A DNA stretch of 64,000 nt. Origin: the human T2T-CHM13v2.0 reference genome, Homo sapiens. The translations under genes and the position numbers were made by a program. The notes under the pieces were generated by a model that saw only the letters and a program-made list of their open reading frames with translations, searched no databases and was not told where the DNA came from. Below are positions 1-12,534 of this stretch, piece after piece. The first letter of the stretch is position 1. Every line of letters begins with the position of its first letter. The stretch lies in NCBI RefSeq assembly GCF_009914755.1, contig NC_060931.1, one strand, 5' to 3'.

Positions 1-1665
1 TAGTATTTTTTGTTGACAGTTTTTTCCCCCAGCACTTTGAATATATCATCCTGCTCTCTCTTAGCCCGTAAGATTTTTCTTCAGATGTCTGCTATTGGCT
101 TATTAGAGCTCTCGTCATTTGTGGTTTGCTTCTTCGCTCCTGCTGCTTTCCAAATCCTCTTTTTTCTTTGATTTTGACAGTTGCAGTATAACTTGAGGGT
201 AATCTTTTTTAAATTAAATCAGAATGAAGACTTTTTACCTTCCTGTAAATATTTCTATCTTTCTCCAAGTTTGGAAAGTTTTCTCCTTCAATTTTTAAAA
301 TAATATTTTACCTTTAACTGTCATTGCTTTTTTTTGAATGCCAATGATTATTATATTTGCTCATTTAAGGTTATCCCAGAAATCCTGTAGGCTTTCTGCA
401 TTTTCTTTATTTTTATTTCCTTTTTCCCCTTTGTATATTTTCAAATAACTTGTGTATCAGTTTAGAGAATCCTCTTCCACTTACGAAGTTCTTCTGTTGA
501 TACTCTCTATAGATTTTTAAAATTTCATTTGTTGTAATTTTTAGCTCTAGGATTTCTGTTTGATTTAATATTATTATTATTTCAATTTATTATTTCCTCA
601 TCATAGTCACAATGTTTTCTTCATACCTTTAGCTGTTTTTCTGTATTTTTTTGACATTTGTTGAGCTTCCTTAAAACAGTTATTTTTACTTTATCGTGAG
701 GCATTTTTCATACATCTCCATCTTTTCAGGGTTAGTTGTTGCCAATTACTTTTGTCCCTTTGGTGACTTCATGTTTTCCTGATTATTCTTGATTTTTTTG
801 GTCATGTGCTGATGTCTGCATACTGTAGAAGTAGATACTTATTCCAGTCTTTGCAGTCTGCCTTTGTCTATGAATATCCTTCAGTGTTAAGCCTGTCCAG
901 AGGTTAAGAGTGGGCCACCTGGTGTGATCCTTAAGCCCGTGACCACTGCAGCTATTGCAGTACTAGGGGGTGCCCTATATCCTGAACCACCATGGCTGGT
1001 ATAGTGACTGGTCAGAATTTTATGGATACAGAGCCTGCCACAATGCAGGGCTAAAAGTCCATGAATTCTATAATTAGTGCGGTGCTAGGGTGTGCTTGAA
1101 GCCCATAGTTGCTGAGGCTAGTGCAGCAGTGGGTCATGTCTAAATCCCATGACCTCTGAGGTCTGCCTGTTGTGGTAGGTTATTTAGAATCCAAGGCTGC
1201 TATAGTTGGCCAGTAGTTATGTGAACTAGAATTTGAGTCATTCTTGCAGGGCCTGGGGGTTCCTATCTTGCACTATGGTGGGTCTAAAGGATCAGGCTAC
1301 AGATACCAGGCTAAAATCAGAGATCATGCAGGTCTACCTAATGCTGGTTTTTACTGTGGTGGGCCTGGTATTTGTGTCCAAGGCAAAGTTCTACGATTGC
1401 TTACCTCTCTTTCTCCCAAGTGAACAGTGTCTCTCTCTGCTCTGTGCTACCTGGGGTTGGAGGTTGGGTAACATGGGAAATGCAAAAATGTCCGTTCTAC
1501 CTTTTTTGGTGTGTCTTTTCTAATTATTGTGCTATGACAAGGTACAGTCATCTTTTACTTGGTTTTCGTAGCTCTTGTGAGATATTTTTACCTATGGATA
1601 GTTGTCGAAATTGATGTTTCTTCCGGTGGGTGATCACTGGAGAGTCTTAATTGACAGTCTTGCTC
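1..1665 (-). mobile_element. Old L1 (L1M-type) 5'UTR/ORF1 fragment, antisense, running off the window start
   Basis: T-rich antisense ORF1-like text (agcactttgaatatatcatcc...), then a more GC-rich 5'UTR-like region ending near gtcttgct at ~1663; degenerate. Confidence 0.7.
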
Positions 1666-2099
1666 GGCCCTCCTCAGGTTTGACTATTCTTAATGTCCTT
1701 TTTCTATTGGGCACCTTTAAATGGAACACTTAAAACAGACACGCATCTTTTAATTATTTTACAGATGAGTAAAAGAATCAAATGTGAATTTATTCAAGGT
1801 AATAAATATTGGTTTAAAGAAATTACCATAGATCTTAATATAGAGAAAATCATAATTGTGGCTTACCTATAAAGAAGGCTTGGTGCTGGGCATTTTCTTC
1901 TTCATTTTTTAAATTCTGTACGTCTTTCCAACACAAATGCCTTCTAAACACTGATGATGCTGTAATTCTTATCTCCAGCCATGAATTCTTCATAAAATCT
2001 GAGACTTATTTCCAAATTCCTCTAGTTAGAGGACTCTAGAAATCTTACCACCCCATGAGGATAGTTATAATGATCTGAAGTCCAGGTTCCCCTGTAACA

Positions 2100-4060
2100 A
2101 AGCTTGTCAGGTATTTGAAAAAAAAGAAAAGATGTAACACTGAATAAAAAAGAAACAAAATATAAGGAAAAAATAACTTGGAATAAATAGAAATTGTACA
2201 GGGGAAGGAAAGCTTAAAAAATTAATATTTTTAGATAGATCCAAATAATTTATTTAAAAATGCTATAATAAATAGTGTTTGGAAATTAAAAATAAGACAT
2301 GGTAAATTAAAAATGTAATAGGAGACATTTAAAAAAATAGTCAATATGTTTAGAGAAATAAAGTTGAGAAAGGAAATCATCCATTAAGTAAAACAACATA
2401 AGGCAATGTAATAGAAATATATAATAGGTAGGGTAATAAAGTGTGATAACAAATATTAAAATAATGAAAATTATACAAAGAGAAACTTTAAAAGATGCAT
2501 TTATTATATAATAATTTACTGTGAGCTATGTGTTTTCAGAATTAAAAATAAAAAGAGAATGTCCAGCCAAATGGATGAACATACACTCACATAGAGACAT
2601 GTAATTATGAAACTTCAGAACCATAAGAGTAAAATGAAGGTTCTGCAGCTTCCTGTGGGGACAAAAACAACAGCAAACAGAAAATATATCACATACAAAG
2701 GATCGAAACTCAAAATGGCTTTGGACTTTCCAACAGCGATACTGGAAGCTAGAAGATAATCCAGTTGTGCCTATAGAATTCTGAAGGAGATTATCTCCAG
2801 TATAGAATTCTATAGTGAGCTAATTATTAATGAGTTGTTAGAATGAACACATACATTCTCAGACAAACAAAACGTCACGAAATTTACCCCCTTTACTTTC
2901 ATGCCAAGCAAGCTACTAGAGGATTATTTCCATCCATTTGGGCTGCTATAACAAAATACCATAAACTATCAATAACAGAAATTTATTTCTCACAGTTCTG
3001 GGGGTCAAGAAGTCCAAGATCAAAGTATGAGCAGATTCATTGTTTGGTGAGGGCTTGCTTTCTGGCTGATAGATGGTGCCTTCTAGCTGTGTCCTTACAT
3101 GTGGAAGAATCTAACTTGCTCTATTGGGTCTCTTCATTAGGGCGCTAATCCTAATCATGAGGGCACTTACCTTAGAACCTTAACAGCTCATAAACTCCCC
3201 ACCTCCCAGTATCATTATCTTGCAGGTTAGGGTTTCAACAAATAAATTTTGGGGGACACAAACATTCAGAACATAGCAAGGATGTTCCTTCCAAAAAAAA
3301 AAAAAAAAAAAAAAAAGAAGAAGCAGCAAACTGGAAAAGAAGACAAGGATTTAGAAAACCAAAGGACTAACAGAAAAGGGTTGTATCTCTAGCATTATGA
3401 GGAAGAGAAGTCCCAGAGTGACTATCTGTCCTTTCAAACAAAGAAATGAATAAGGAAGATATTAGAGGGAGCATAAAGAGAGTGCTACATAAAAGGCAAA
3501 TTAAATTCTGAGGCTGACAAAAAATGAAAGTCCTATATTGACAGCTGTATAGCATGACTAGAGCAGAATCAATTCCGATAGAACTGAGTTCTCCATGTAG
3601 GATTGCAAGTAGATTACATTATGTGATTGATCTTGTACGTAATTATAATGAGAGACTACTAAAACATAAGAATAGGCAAACCAACCCCCCCCAAAAAAGT
3701 AGCAAGTTAAAAAGGGGCTATAAACAAAAAGCGAGAAAAAAATAATTATTGTACACTACACTGATAAATTTTGAATAATACTTGCAAAGTTATATTAATA
3801 CAAATATCTAATATTATTAAACCAAAAAAGGCAGGATAACTAAACTGCTATGATAAAAAATGGGGAATAGAGGAAATAACAACGTAAGAGTTAAAATCTC
3901 AACTAAAATCAGTCAATAGAAAATATTTAAAATTAATAAATCAACAAATAGATACGCATGCATATTATTTAGAGATATATATAAGATATATATACAAGAA
4001 TGCCACAGTAAAGAGTGGATAATGGTGATTTTGAGAGATAAAGCAAAGAAATGTCTACTT
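2100..4060 (+). mobile_element. Ancient L1ME/HAL1-like ORF1 remnant, interrupted by an MLT1A LTR
   Basis: A-rich, with ORF1-like motifs (gacttttccaacagc-like, actggaagctagaaga, tatagaattctata); boundaries approximate. Confidence 0.55.
2925..3278 (-). mobile_element. MaLR solo LTR (MLT1A/MLT1A0-like)
   Basis: ggctgctataacaaaatacc...gggggacacaaacattcaga.catagca; 5-bp TSD aggat at 2920-2924 and 3279-3283. Confidence 0.85.
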
Positions 4061-4090
4061 TTGTTAGGAACCGTTTAATGCCATTTAACT

Positions 4091-4380
4091 GGTTGGGTGC
4101 AGTGGCTCATGTCTGTAAGCCCAGAGTTACGGGAGGCTGAGTGAGGTGGAAGGACTGTTTGAGGCTGGGAGTTCAAGACCAGTCTGGACTAATATAGTGA
4201 GCCCCCATATTTACAAATAATTTTTTAAAAATTATCCAGGCATGATGGTGCATATCTGTAGTCCTAGCTACTCAGGTGGCTGAGGCAGAAAGATTCCTTA
4301 AGCACAGGAATTAAAAATTACTGTGAGCTATGTTTATGCCATTGCACTTTAGCCTGAGTGACAGAGACCCTGTCTCAGAA
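4091..4380 (+). mobile_element. AluJ-type SINE
   Basis: Diverged dimeric Alu; flanking repeat catttaact. Confidence 0.9.
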
Positions 4381-4439
4381 ATTTCAAAATATCATTTAAC
4401 TTTGTTTTTGCTTGTTAATTAGGTACAATAACAATACAT

Positions 4440-5600
4440 TCAAAATAAGAATATATTTCCATGATATTTGGCGAGGAAATATATTTGGTTAGATGTACAA
4501 AAAACTATTGAAGAATAAAATCGATGAATTCAATAATATTAAAACTTAAAACTCATATACCAAAAAAAAAAAAAAAGAAAAAGAAAAACGGTAACAAAAA
4601 TAACAAGAAAACTACAGGAAGAAAATGAAGCCATTACATAGATTGGGATAATATAATTGAAACTTAAACAACAAATGAAATATTTATTTTCAGAATATAC
4701 AAAGTTCTAAAAATAAACCAGAAAATAATTGACCTTGTAGAAAAATGAGCAATTGGTCATAACAGAAGAAAAAATTCAAATGTCCAATAAATATAGGAAA
4801 ATTTACAAATGCAAATTAAACAAAAACATGACACTTCTTATTGGCTATATAGGTAAAAATATAAATTTCCGGAATACCAAATATTTACTGGCAAGTGGGG
4901 AAGAGAAATTTTGCCTCATATACTACTTAAAAGTCTAGGTTGGTACAATCACTTTTACAAATAGTTAAACTGTCATCGTATGGCGGAGTTGAAAGTTAAT
5001 ATTCCTGATAAGATAAATGTTCCTGATAAGAGAATATTTACACTAACAGAATCTTAGTTTAATTCACATATACTGATCTAATTACTGCAACTCACACTTT
5101 TATTATTGCCTTTATTTTGTAGATGAGAAATTGAAGCATACAGAATTAATTAGCTTCTCCAAGGCTACCTAGCTAGTTTTGCTTGTGTTAAAACGAATCA
5201 ACTAGATAATATGGAATATACTGGAAAATATATTGTTGAGTAAGAAGTAAAAACAAATTGTTGAGAGCACATAACAGTGATAAATGTATAAAGTTTTAAA
5301 ACACAAAATAAAGTTTTATGTGTATTTAAATAATACAGTGACTTATTCCAAAATCAGAAAAGCACAGATGTGGAAGACACCCACCAAACTGAAGATAGTA
5401 TTGGTCTCTCCGGAGGCAGGATCAAAATATCAGGAAGAGCTTCAAAGCTATGTCATATTTTATTTTTTAAAATGATCCAAAATATATGGTAAGATTCAAA
5501 TACTTGTTAAATCTGGGAGGTGTGACATAGTTATTTTTGTATTATTCTCTCTGATTTTCTATCCACGGGAATAGGAATATTTCATAACTTTAAAAAGGGA
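4440..5600 (+). mobile_element. Degenerate L1ME-type ORF2-end/3' fragments
   Basis: A-rich L1-like motifs (aaaatcgatgaattcaataatattaaaac, caaatgtccaataaa); approximate. Confidence 0.45.
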
Positions 5601-5725
5601 AATGATGTAATCGGTAACATTGTTGTCTCCTCTTTAATCTCACAGATATTCCTAGGAGCAACCCTTGTTATTTTTTATGATCCATACACAATAACCAATA
5701 TTTTAAATATATTATACAAAAGTAT

Positions 5726-6267
5726 TGTAGAGAAGGAAAAATAATTTTTTTCTCTACCCTACTGGGTTCCTAGCTGGAATAGACCCCTGCAACAAAGGAC
5801 AAATGAAGAACATAAAAGCAAAAAGAAGTTTATTAACTTGTATACCTCATTTACATGTGGGAGATACCCAGAAAAATGAGTAAGTCAAAGACATGGCTTA
5901 GAGATTAGGCCTAAATACCACCTTCAACTGAAACAAAGAAAGAAGGATATGGGCCAGGGTGCAGTGATGGTAAGGTGACCAAGAAAAGTATGGTAATCCA
6001 TGATAAATTCTATTATGCAGACTTAAACCAGTGCCTTCTCCACTGAAAAGAGTCTCTGGTGATTTAGTTATCCTTTTCTTCTGGGTACTGAAAGGAAGCC
6101 ACCCTTGCAAATGGAACATTCCTTTAGAGATAAGTATTTCTCTTTAAAAAGAGTAACTTCTACTTCATTTTCAGAGCTTCTTTGTTGTCTGCAGTTTCTC
6201 AAAATAATCAGCTCAAAATAATCCTTATGGAGACATATTTTGGGGTATCCTATCCTGGTTTCCTACA
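5726..6267 (-). mobile_element. ERV1 solo LTR (MER67-like) #1
   Basis: TG...CA ends, 4-bp TSD gtat (5722-5725, 6268-6271), aagtttattaac, terminal gctcaaaataatcctta...tattttgggg. Confidence 0.8.
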
Positions 6268-6283
6268 GTATCATGTATCTTAT

Positions 6284-6888
6284 TGTAGGAGGGGGATGAT
6301 AGTCTTTTTATTTTACTTATTTTAGATTCTTTTTCTTCTACTCATCATAGAGATGGCTCTACCCATCTGGCTGGAGCCCTGTAAATTACACTGGAAAAAG
6401 ACAGATTAACAAGAAACTAAAACTAAATAGAAATTTATTAACATGCACACCATGCACATGCATGTATATAGGAGTACCCAGTAATGAGTAATCCAAAGGG
6501 GTAGTTAGAATATAGGCTTATATAACATCTTAGGCTCAAAAAAGAAAAAAGCGTTTTGGGCTTCTGGGCAAGGGGTACTAGTTGGGAAAGTGGCTAGGAG
6601 AAGTATACTAAACAAGGGTTGTTTTAGTGAGGTTTGTTATACAGATTTATGTAGGTGTCTTCTCAATCCATAAGATTTAAGAGTTATCCATTGCCTGATA
6701 TGGGAAAGGGAGATATCTTTTACAAATAGAAATCTCCTTTATACATGTAAATTTATTTTACAAAATGAAAATTTATGCCCTGTTTTTAGAGCTTTTCTGG
6801 TGTCTGCCATTCCTCAGGGGCCTTTAGCTCAAAATAATGCATATGCTAAAGAGGTGTATTTTGGGGTTGCATATTATGATACCTTTCA
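6284..6888 (-). mobile_element. ERV1 solo LTR (MER67-like) #2
   Basis: TG...CA; same motif order as #1 (tttattaac, gagtaa, ggcttatata, gctcaaaataatgc, tattttggggt). Confidence 0.75.
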
Positions 6889-7142
6889 ATATAAATACAA
6901 GAATTAAATAGATGACATAAAATGCATATTCAGAAAAAAAGAAGATTCCTCCTCTCCCACAAGAAAAATTAAATTTATTTTCTCTAAACTAAATCTTTTC
7001 TGTATTTTGAGTTTTAAAGTGTGTGATAATAAGGAAAATTTATGAGTATAAAATATCTTCATATACACTTCTAGTCATCTTCCTTTTAGACTGTGAGAAC
7101 ATGAGGCTCCTGTCATTTTACTATGTTTCCTTGTAATGCTTT

Positions 7143-7783
7143 TGTTACTGGGGAGTATGGGGTCCTTGGTTCCTGTCTTCTTGGAGGAAAGAATTCTGCC
7201 AAGTGACACACAGGGGCAATTCAGCAATGGCAATGTTTATTTAAAGGAAAAAGTACATGCTGAAAGCCGAGTCAGGGTGGGCTGCTCCAGAATGAGATGC
7301 ATTGACTGACACTGGGGAACCCCCTTTATGAGAGTTTTACATGAATATTTACAAATGGGCATAAAGAGGTGTTACCAGTAAGCACATTTTGGGAGGTCTC
7401 AAAACATGTGTACTACACTAGTACATATGTCGCATGTTTCATTAGTATTTTAAATCCCCACTCATGGGTGTGTTTTTTACTATTATGATGAGCAAAATGT
7501 TACCTTTAGGGTGAGCCAAGTCAAAATGCACATGCTCGCTACTGGGGAAAGTCCCTATTGAAGTGATTTTTCTGCTAGGGCCAGGTAAGTCTCAGTGAGG
7601 GCTGGATAAGCCTAACCATAAGCCCAGATGTGGCTACTGTTAATTCTGATTGCTCTAACCACAGAGCATAAATTTTCTTTTTGCATTGATTCCAAGTGGT
7701 GCAAGGTATTTAGAGCTTCTGGGGCTTTCTTTCCTGCTATCTGTCTGTCTATCTACCTGTCTATCTAGCTACCTACTCTAATG
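7143..7783 (-). mobile_element. ERV1 solo LTR (MER50/MER83-like)
   Basis: Starts tgttactgggg, aaagaattc, gtttatt; ends ctagctacctactctaa; 4-bp TSD cttt. Confidence 0.75.
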
Positions 7784-8798
7784 CTTTTCTTCATACAAAT
7801 AAATGCAGTAACTTGTCATGAAATTTTAAAAAATAAGAAAAAAGCCACCTTTTGTATAATTATAGTTATATTATTGAATTTCATTAACTTCATCAGATTA
7901 ATGTAAATTAAATATCTGAGCATATTTAATTTCTAGTTTCTTGGTTGTGGGTTGTGGGCTGTGTAAGTAAGAAAAAAGCCACCTTTTTTTCTGGGTTTCC
8001 TATAACCTGACTAGAATTACTAAGGTATCTATAATTAATGTAAATTCAGCTTTCATAAAATTAAATATCTTAAAATATCTGAGCATATTTAATTTCTAGT
8101 TTCTTGGTTGTGGGTTGTGTAAGTACTTCAGAACTATCTTTAGTCACACCAACAAAAGAGAAAATCATACTCACTCTCCAATAAGTAAATTACAAAAAAA
8201 ATACTTATTTCCTTAATAGCTTTTGACATAATAAAATACACTAAAATAAAATAAATGAACTTCTCTCCCTAATCATCAATGGAAAGAAAAGCTAAGCTTC
8301 TAATAAAATAAGTGCAAGTTCATTTTCCTGTTTCTTGTTAAAATTATTTAATATGACAAGTGTCTAATACATTATTGCATATCAACACAATATTATCCAC
8401 TAAGGAAACACCTAATTTGGGGTGGCCCCACGTTTTCAATAGACCCAATTATTCAACCCCTAACATTCTATTCATTATTTTTTTAGGATCCATTAGCAAA
8501 ATATTCTAAACTATCATTTGTAGTAACAATAAGGAAAGACCGTGACTTGTTAATCCTGGTTATAAGCGTATTGAATGACCTACTCAAGGAAGGAGGAGCA
8601 GAAAATAATGAGAACCAGCTGGTTCTAAATCTTCCATTATTTCTAATATATAAGGAGAGAATGAACTATAATTTTTATGGTCTTCATCTGACAATACTTC
8701 AAGAAGAGGTCGCTTACTATGGTGATTCATTTTCAAAATTTACACTTTAGTTTACTATACCTGGTGTGGGAACCAGTTTGCTTCAAGAAATTATAATT

Positions 8799-9399
8799 TT
8801 AGGAAATGGAAAAAATATTTTTCCTCTATTCATATTAGGTTTATTGGTTGGGTCCCTGCAAATTAGACTGAAGAAAGATTAGTTAACAAAAGAAAACAAA
8901 CAAAATAAAAAAAACAGGAGTTTTTTAAGACATACATTGTGCATACACACGTAAGTACGCCGTCATAAGTAACTCAAAGGATTGGTTACAATGTAGGCTT
9001 ATATAGCATTCTGACAAAAATAATTTTATAGATAAGCAGCAAAACAAAAGAAAAGGACTTTGAACCTCTGCGGCCAGCAAATTGTGGAAAGGCAAATATG
9101 TAGGGAGACTAATGGTAGATAAAGCCTAGTTCGTAAGGTTTATTTATCTGGACTTTTTCTCTGTACCTTGTTGTCTCGGGTGATAAAGTGGTTATTCTTT
9201 TTCTGATACAAAAATTGAGAAAGAGGAGAGAGACATAGCCTTCACAAAGAGAAGTTGTTTTGTGTGTTCAGGTAGATAGGGGGAGGGCAGAGAGGTCTTC
9301 TGGTGTTTGGATTTTTTTTTTTTTCAGTTGCCTTAAGTTCAAAATATTTTTAATGCTCAATTGGGCTATTTTGGGGTAATATTACTCCAAAGCTTTTCA
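8799..9399 (-). mobile_element. ERV1 solo LTR (MER67-like) #3
   Basis: Shares motifs with #1 and #2 (ccctgcaaattagactg, gtaactcaaagg, ggcttatatagcat, ttgccttaagttcaaaata, tattttggggt). Confidence 0.7.
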
Positions 9400-10356
9400 T
9401 TAAAAAATAGAAAAATTATACAAATGCCTTCCAAAGATCTAGATTATGCATATATAGAAAACACAAACACATACACAAACATACATATAAGTAGCGCAAG
9501 TTTCCATGTCAAGTGTACCTATCTGTCTTTACTTTGTTAAATGTATCACCTCTTGCTAACATGTATGTCTTACTATTTAGTAGTGGGAGTAATTCAAAAA
9601 CACTAAGGTCAATGTTCTGATAATCATCCGATTTTTCCCCATTCTGCTTATAAAACATCAGATTTATAAAAACCTAATGTCTGATTGAGAAAAGGACTCA
9701 TGAACAAAAATCAAGCCATATAATGTCTAACAAAATTGGTGGTTATTATATGGTAGCAGTTTGACAACCGACAGTTTTCATCCAGACTTAGTCCGATATG
9801 TGCATTTACCTTGGCTGTAGAACTGTGTTGTTTATTTCACTTGGAGTTGTGCTGAATTAATAATTTCCCTTCAAAAGGGTATCATTAGTAGCCAGTGGAC
9901 TTTTCAAGCTGTTTATTTTGAATTTGCAATTCAATTGAATGAAAGGAAATACATATAAATATGGATCATTTCAGATAAAAATAAGGCTTTTGTTTTAGTA
10001 GGGAAAATATAGAATAGCTTAACTCAACATCTAGTAGAATATTTATCAATCTAGTTCCCAACATTAATGAGAGCTTCAACTAGCAGCAAATTCTATAGAC
10101 TTCCTTCTACCTAGAGCTTAAGAGATAAGTCATCAGCTTAAATTTTGGAGTGTGACTGTCACAATGTTTCAACAAAATCAGTCAGATTCTTTAGAAGCTA
10201 CACAGTTTTCACAGTTATTAATGTATATAGATGTATATGAAAATACATACTGATGTAAATTTCTATGTAGCTCTGCCCAGTGGAAGAGCCTAGGAGCAAC
10301 AATGCTCCAGTATGCTCCAGTATCATTGAACACACCAGGCGTCTATATCTTGGTTC

Positions 10357-10658
10357 TTTTTTTTTTTTTTTTTTTTGAGACAAAGTATTGCTCCATCAAC
10401 CAGGCTGGAGTGCAGTGGCATGATCTGGGCTCACTGCAACTTCCACTTCCCGGGTTGAAGTGATTCTTCCACCTCGGCCTCCCGAGTAGCTGGGATTACA
10501 GGCATGCGCAACCACGCCAAGCTGATTTTTGTATTTTTAATAGAGACACGGTTTCCCCATGTTGGCCAGGCTGGTCTTGAACTCCTGACCTCAGGTGATC
10601 CATTCACCTCAGCCTCCCAAAGTGCTGGGATTACAGACGTGAGCCACCATTCCTGGCC
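10357..10658 (-). mobile_element. AluS (Sx-like)
   Basis: Full dimer with T tail; TSD ta(t/g)atcttggttct. Confidence 0.95.
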
Positions 10659-10664
10659 TAGATC

Positions 10665-10789
10665 TTGGTTCTTTAGTATCATTTTTGATTAATGGATTAT
10701 GCCTTCTTGAAAAAAATGATGAATTTTGGTTCTTTAGTATCATTTTTGATTAATGGATTATGCCTTCTTGAAAAAAATGATGACTTTTG
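10665..10789. repeat. 61-bp tandem duplication (2 near-perfect copies)
   Basis: ttggttctttagtatcatttttgattaatggattatgccttcttgaaaaaaatgatga starts at 10665 and again at 10726. Confidence 0.95.
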
Positions 10790-11480
10790 GGGCTGAAACA
10801 AGACACGTATATATGAATCTAAAATATCTATTTGTGCCAGAAAGTAAGGAAATACCAGAGGATGATGGTAACCTGGCAGAAGTACATAGCAGTGAGTTTA
10901 GAGGGGATACCATTGGCCAAATCTGGAACAATTTGAGCATCAAACTATGTAGTGATACTACCGTATTATAACTCACTGAATAAAATAGGAATCTTTCAGT
11001 TCATATAGTTATGGACAAAGACATGAGTAAATAAATGGAGAGAAGAGAAAGCTTTTTCTTGTAGAAGAGTACCAACTAGTCAGCGCAGAAGTAATGATGG
11101 AATCAGGAAATCAAAATATAGCAATCATTGTAGTGATAATCAATGCTGCTAAGAAATATACTGGCTGAGAAAACTAGCAGGTTAAAATGTGATAGGGAAT
11201 GGAATATTTACATCTTCTAAATGTACCTCCCCCCGCCCCAAATAATTCTTAATTGTAAAGGGAAGAAATGGTACCTTCCACAGTAGAGAAGCTGGCATGT
11301 TATCAAAGTTAGTATCACCATAAATGGAACAAATTAATATCCTGCCCCATCTGAGGAAGCTTCACCACCGTGTATTTCTGCCAAAATACCTACCCTGAAT
11401 TTCATCCTGAGGAATCAAAAGACAAACCCAAATTGATGCATTGTCAATGGGAGAACTGGCCTGTGATATAGAACTATCAA

Positions 11481-11793
11481 GGCTGGGTGTGATGGCTTAC
11501 ACCTGTACTCCCTGCCCTTTGGGAGGCTGAGGCAGGTGGATCACCTGAGGTCATCAGTTCAGGACCATTTTGGACAACATCATGAAACCCCGTCTCTACT
11601 AAAAATACAAAAATTAGCTTGACGTGGTGACACATGCCTATAATCCCAGGTACTTGGAAGGCTAAGGTAGGAGAATCACTTGAACCTGGGAGGCGAGGCG
11701 GGGGTTGCAATGAGCCAAGATTGCACCACTTCACTCCAGCCTGGACAACTGAATGACACTCCATCTCAAAAAAAAAAAAAAAAAAAAAAAAAA
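11481..11793 (+). mobile_element. AluS
   Basis: Full dimer with A tail. Confidence 0.95.
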
Positions 11794-11898
11794 GGAACAA
11801 GGTTGTGAGGGTAACAGAAAGAAAAGCAACTGTTCTGGATTGAAAGAGGCATAAAAACTAAATGTGACATGGGATTCTGAACTGGATCCTTTTGGTAT

Positions 11899-12534
11899 TG
11901 TTGGGGCTCAGAAAACCATACTCAAAAGTGAAGGCCTCAGAAGCAGCCTCGGAAGCAAAGTTTATCTCTGGCCTCCTATTCCGAGCCACTCATTCTCCTC
12001 TGAGACAAGCCATGGAAACTAGAATTCATCTCCCCAGAGCAGGTCTTAGGAACCAGAAGCCCTTTTTCCCAAAGCCAGCCATACAAGCTAAAAATATTGT
12101 TGTCATATTTTCCTGTCTTATCTGGGTAAGAGCTGGCCATAGAGAAAGTCTCTGACCTTCCTCGTTTGATGGCAGCCATTCCAGAAAGTGTCCAGCACCA
12201 TATTCAGGAGGAAGGAACACCGCATAGAGAGGCCAAGAAGAATCCAGATAAGCCTGGCTGGGTTTCCCCACCTGGGTCTACTAGAATTAGACCAGATCCT
12301 TTTGTCTAATCACAGTTCTGCATGCCTGTCCATTCTTCATTGAACCTAAGCATAAAAATGGATACTTTTCCCTGTTCCTTTAATTCTTCATCCTGAGGGC
12401 TCCCATGTTATGTAAAACCATAATGAAATATATTTGTGATGCTTTTCTCTTGTTAATCTGTATTTTGTTATAGGAATGTCAGTCATGACCTTTATGATGG
12501 GGTGGGAAGGAGTCACCCCTTTTCTGCTCCAATA
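11899..12534 (+). mobile_element. ERV1 solo LTR (MER39/MER34-like)
   Basis: Starts tgttggggctcagaaaa...gaaggcctcagaagcagcctc; ends cacccctttt. Confidence 0.8.

Noticed and set aside
4936-4960. taggttggtacaa as a MADE1/miR-548 hairpin start
   Set aside because: Match is short, with no partner inverted end; lies in decayed L1-like sequence.
5726-6888. Adjacent LTRs as remnants of one provirus
   Set aside because: No internal sequence or primer-binding site, the first LTR has its own TSD, and the two are clearly divergent.
9870-10190. Possible hAT/Charlie transposase remnant
   Set aside because: Resemblance too faint to support without a profile search.
10665-10789. Direct repeats (also at 7834 and 43108) as CRISPR-like arrays
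   Set aside because: Only two copies, no spacers, eukaryotic intron.
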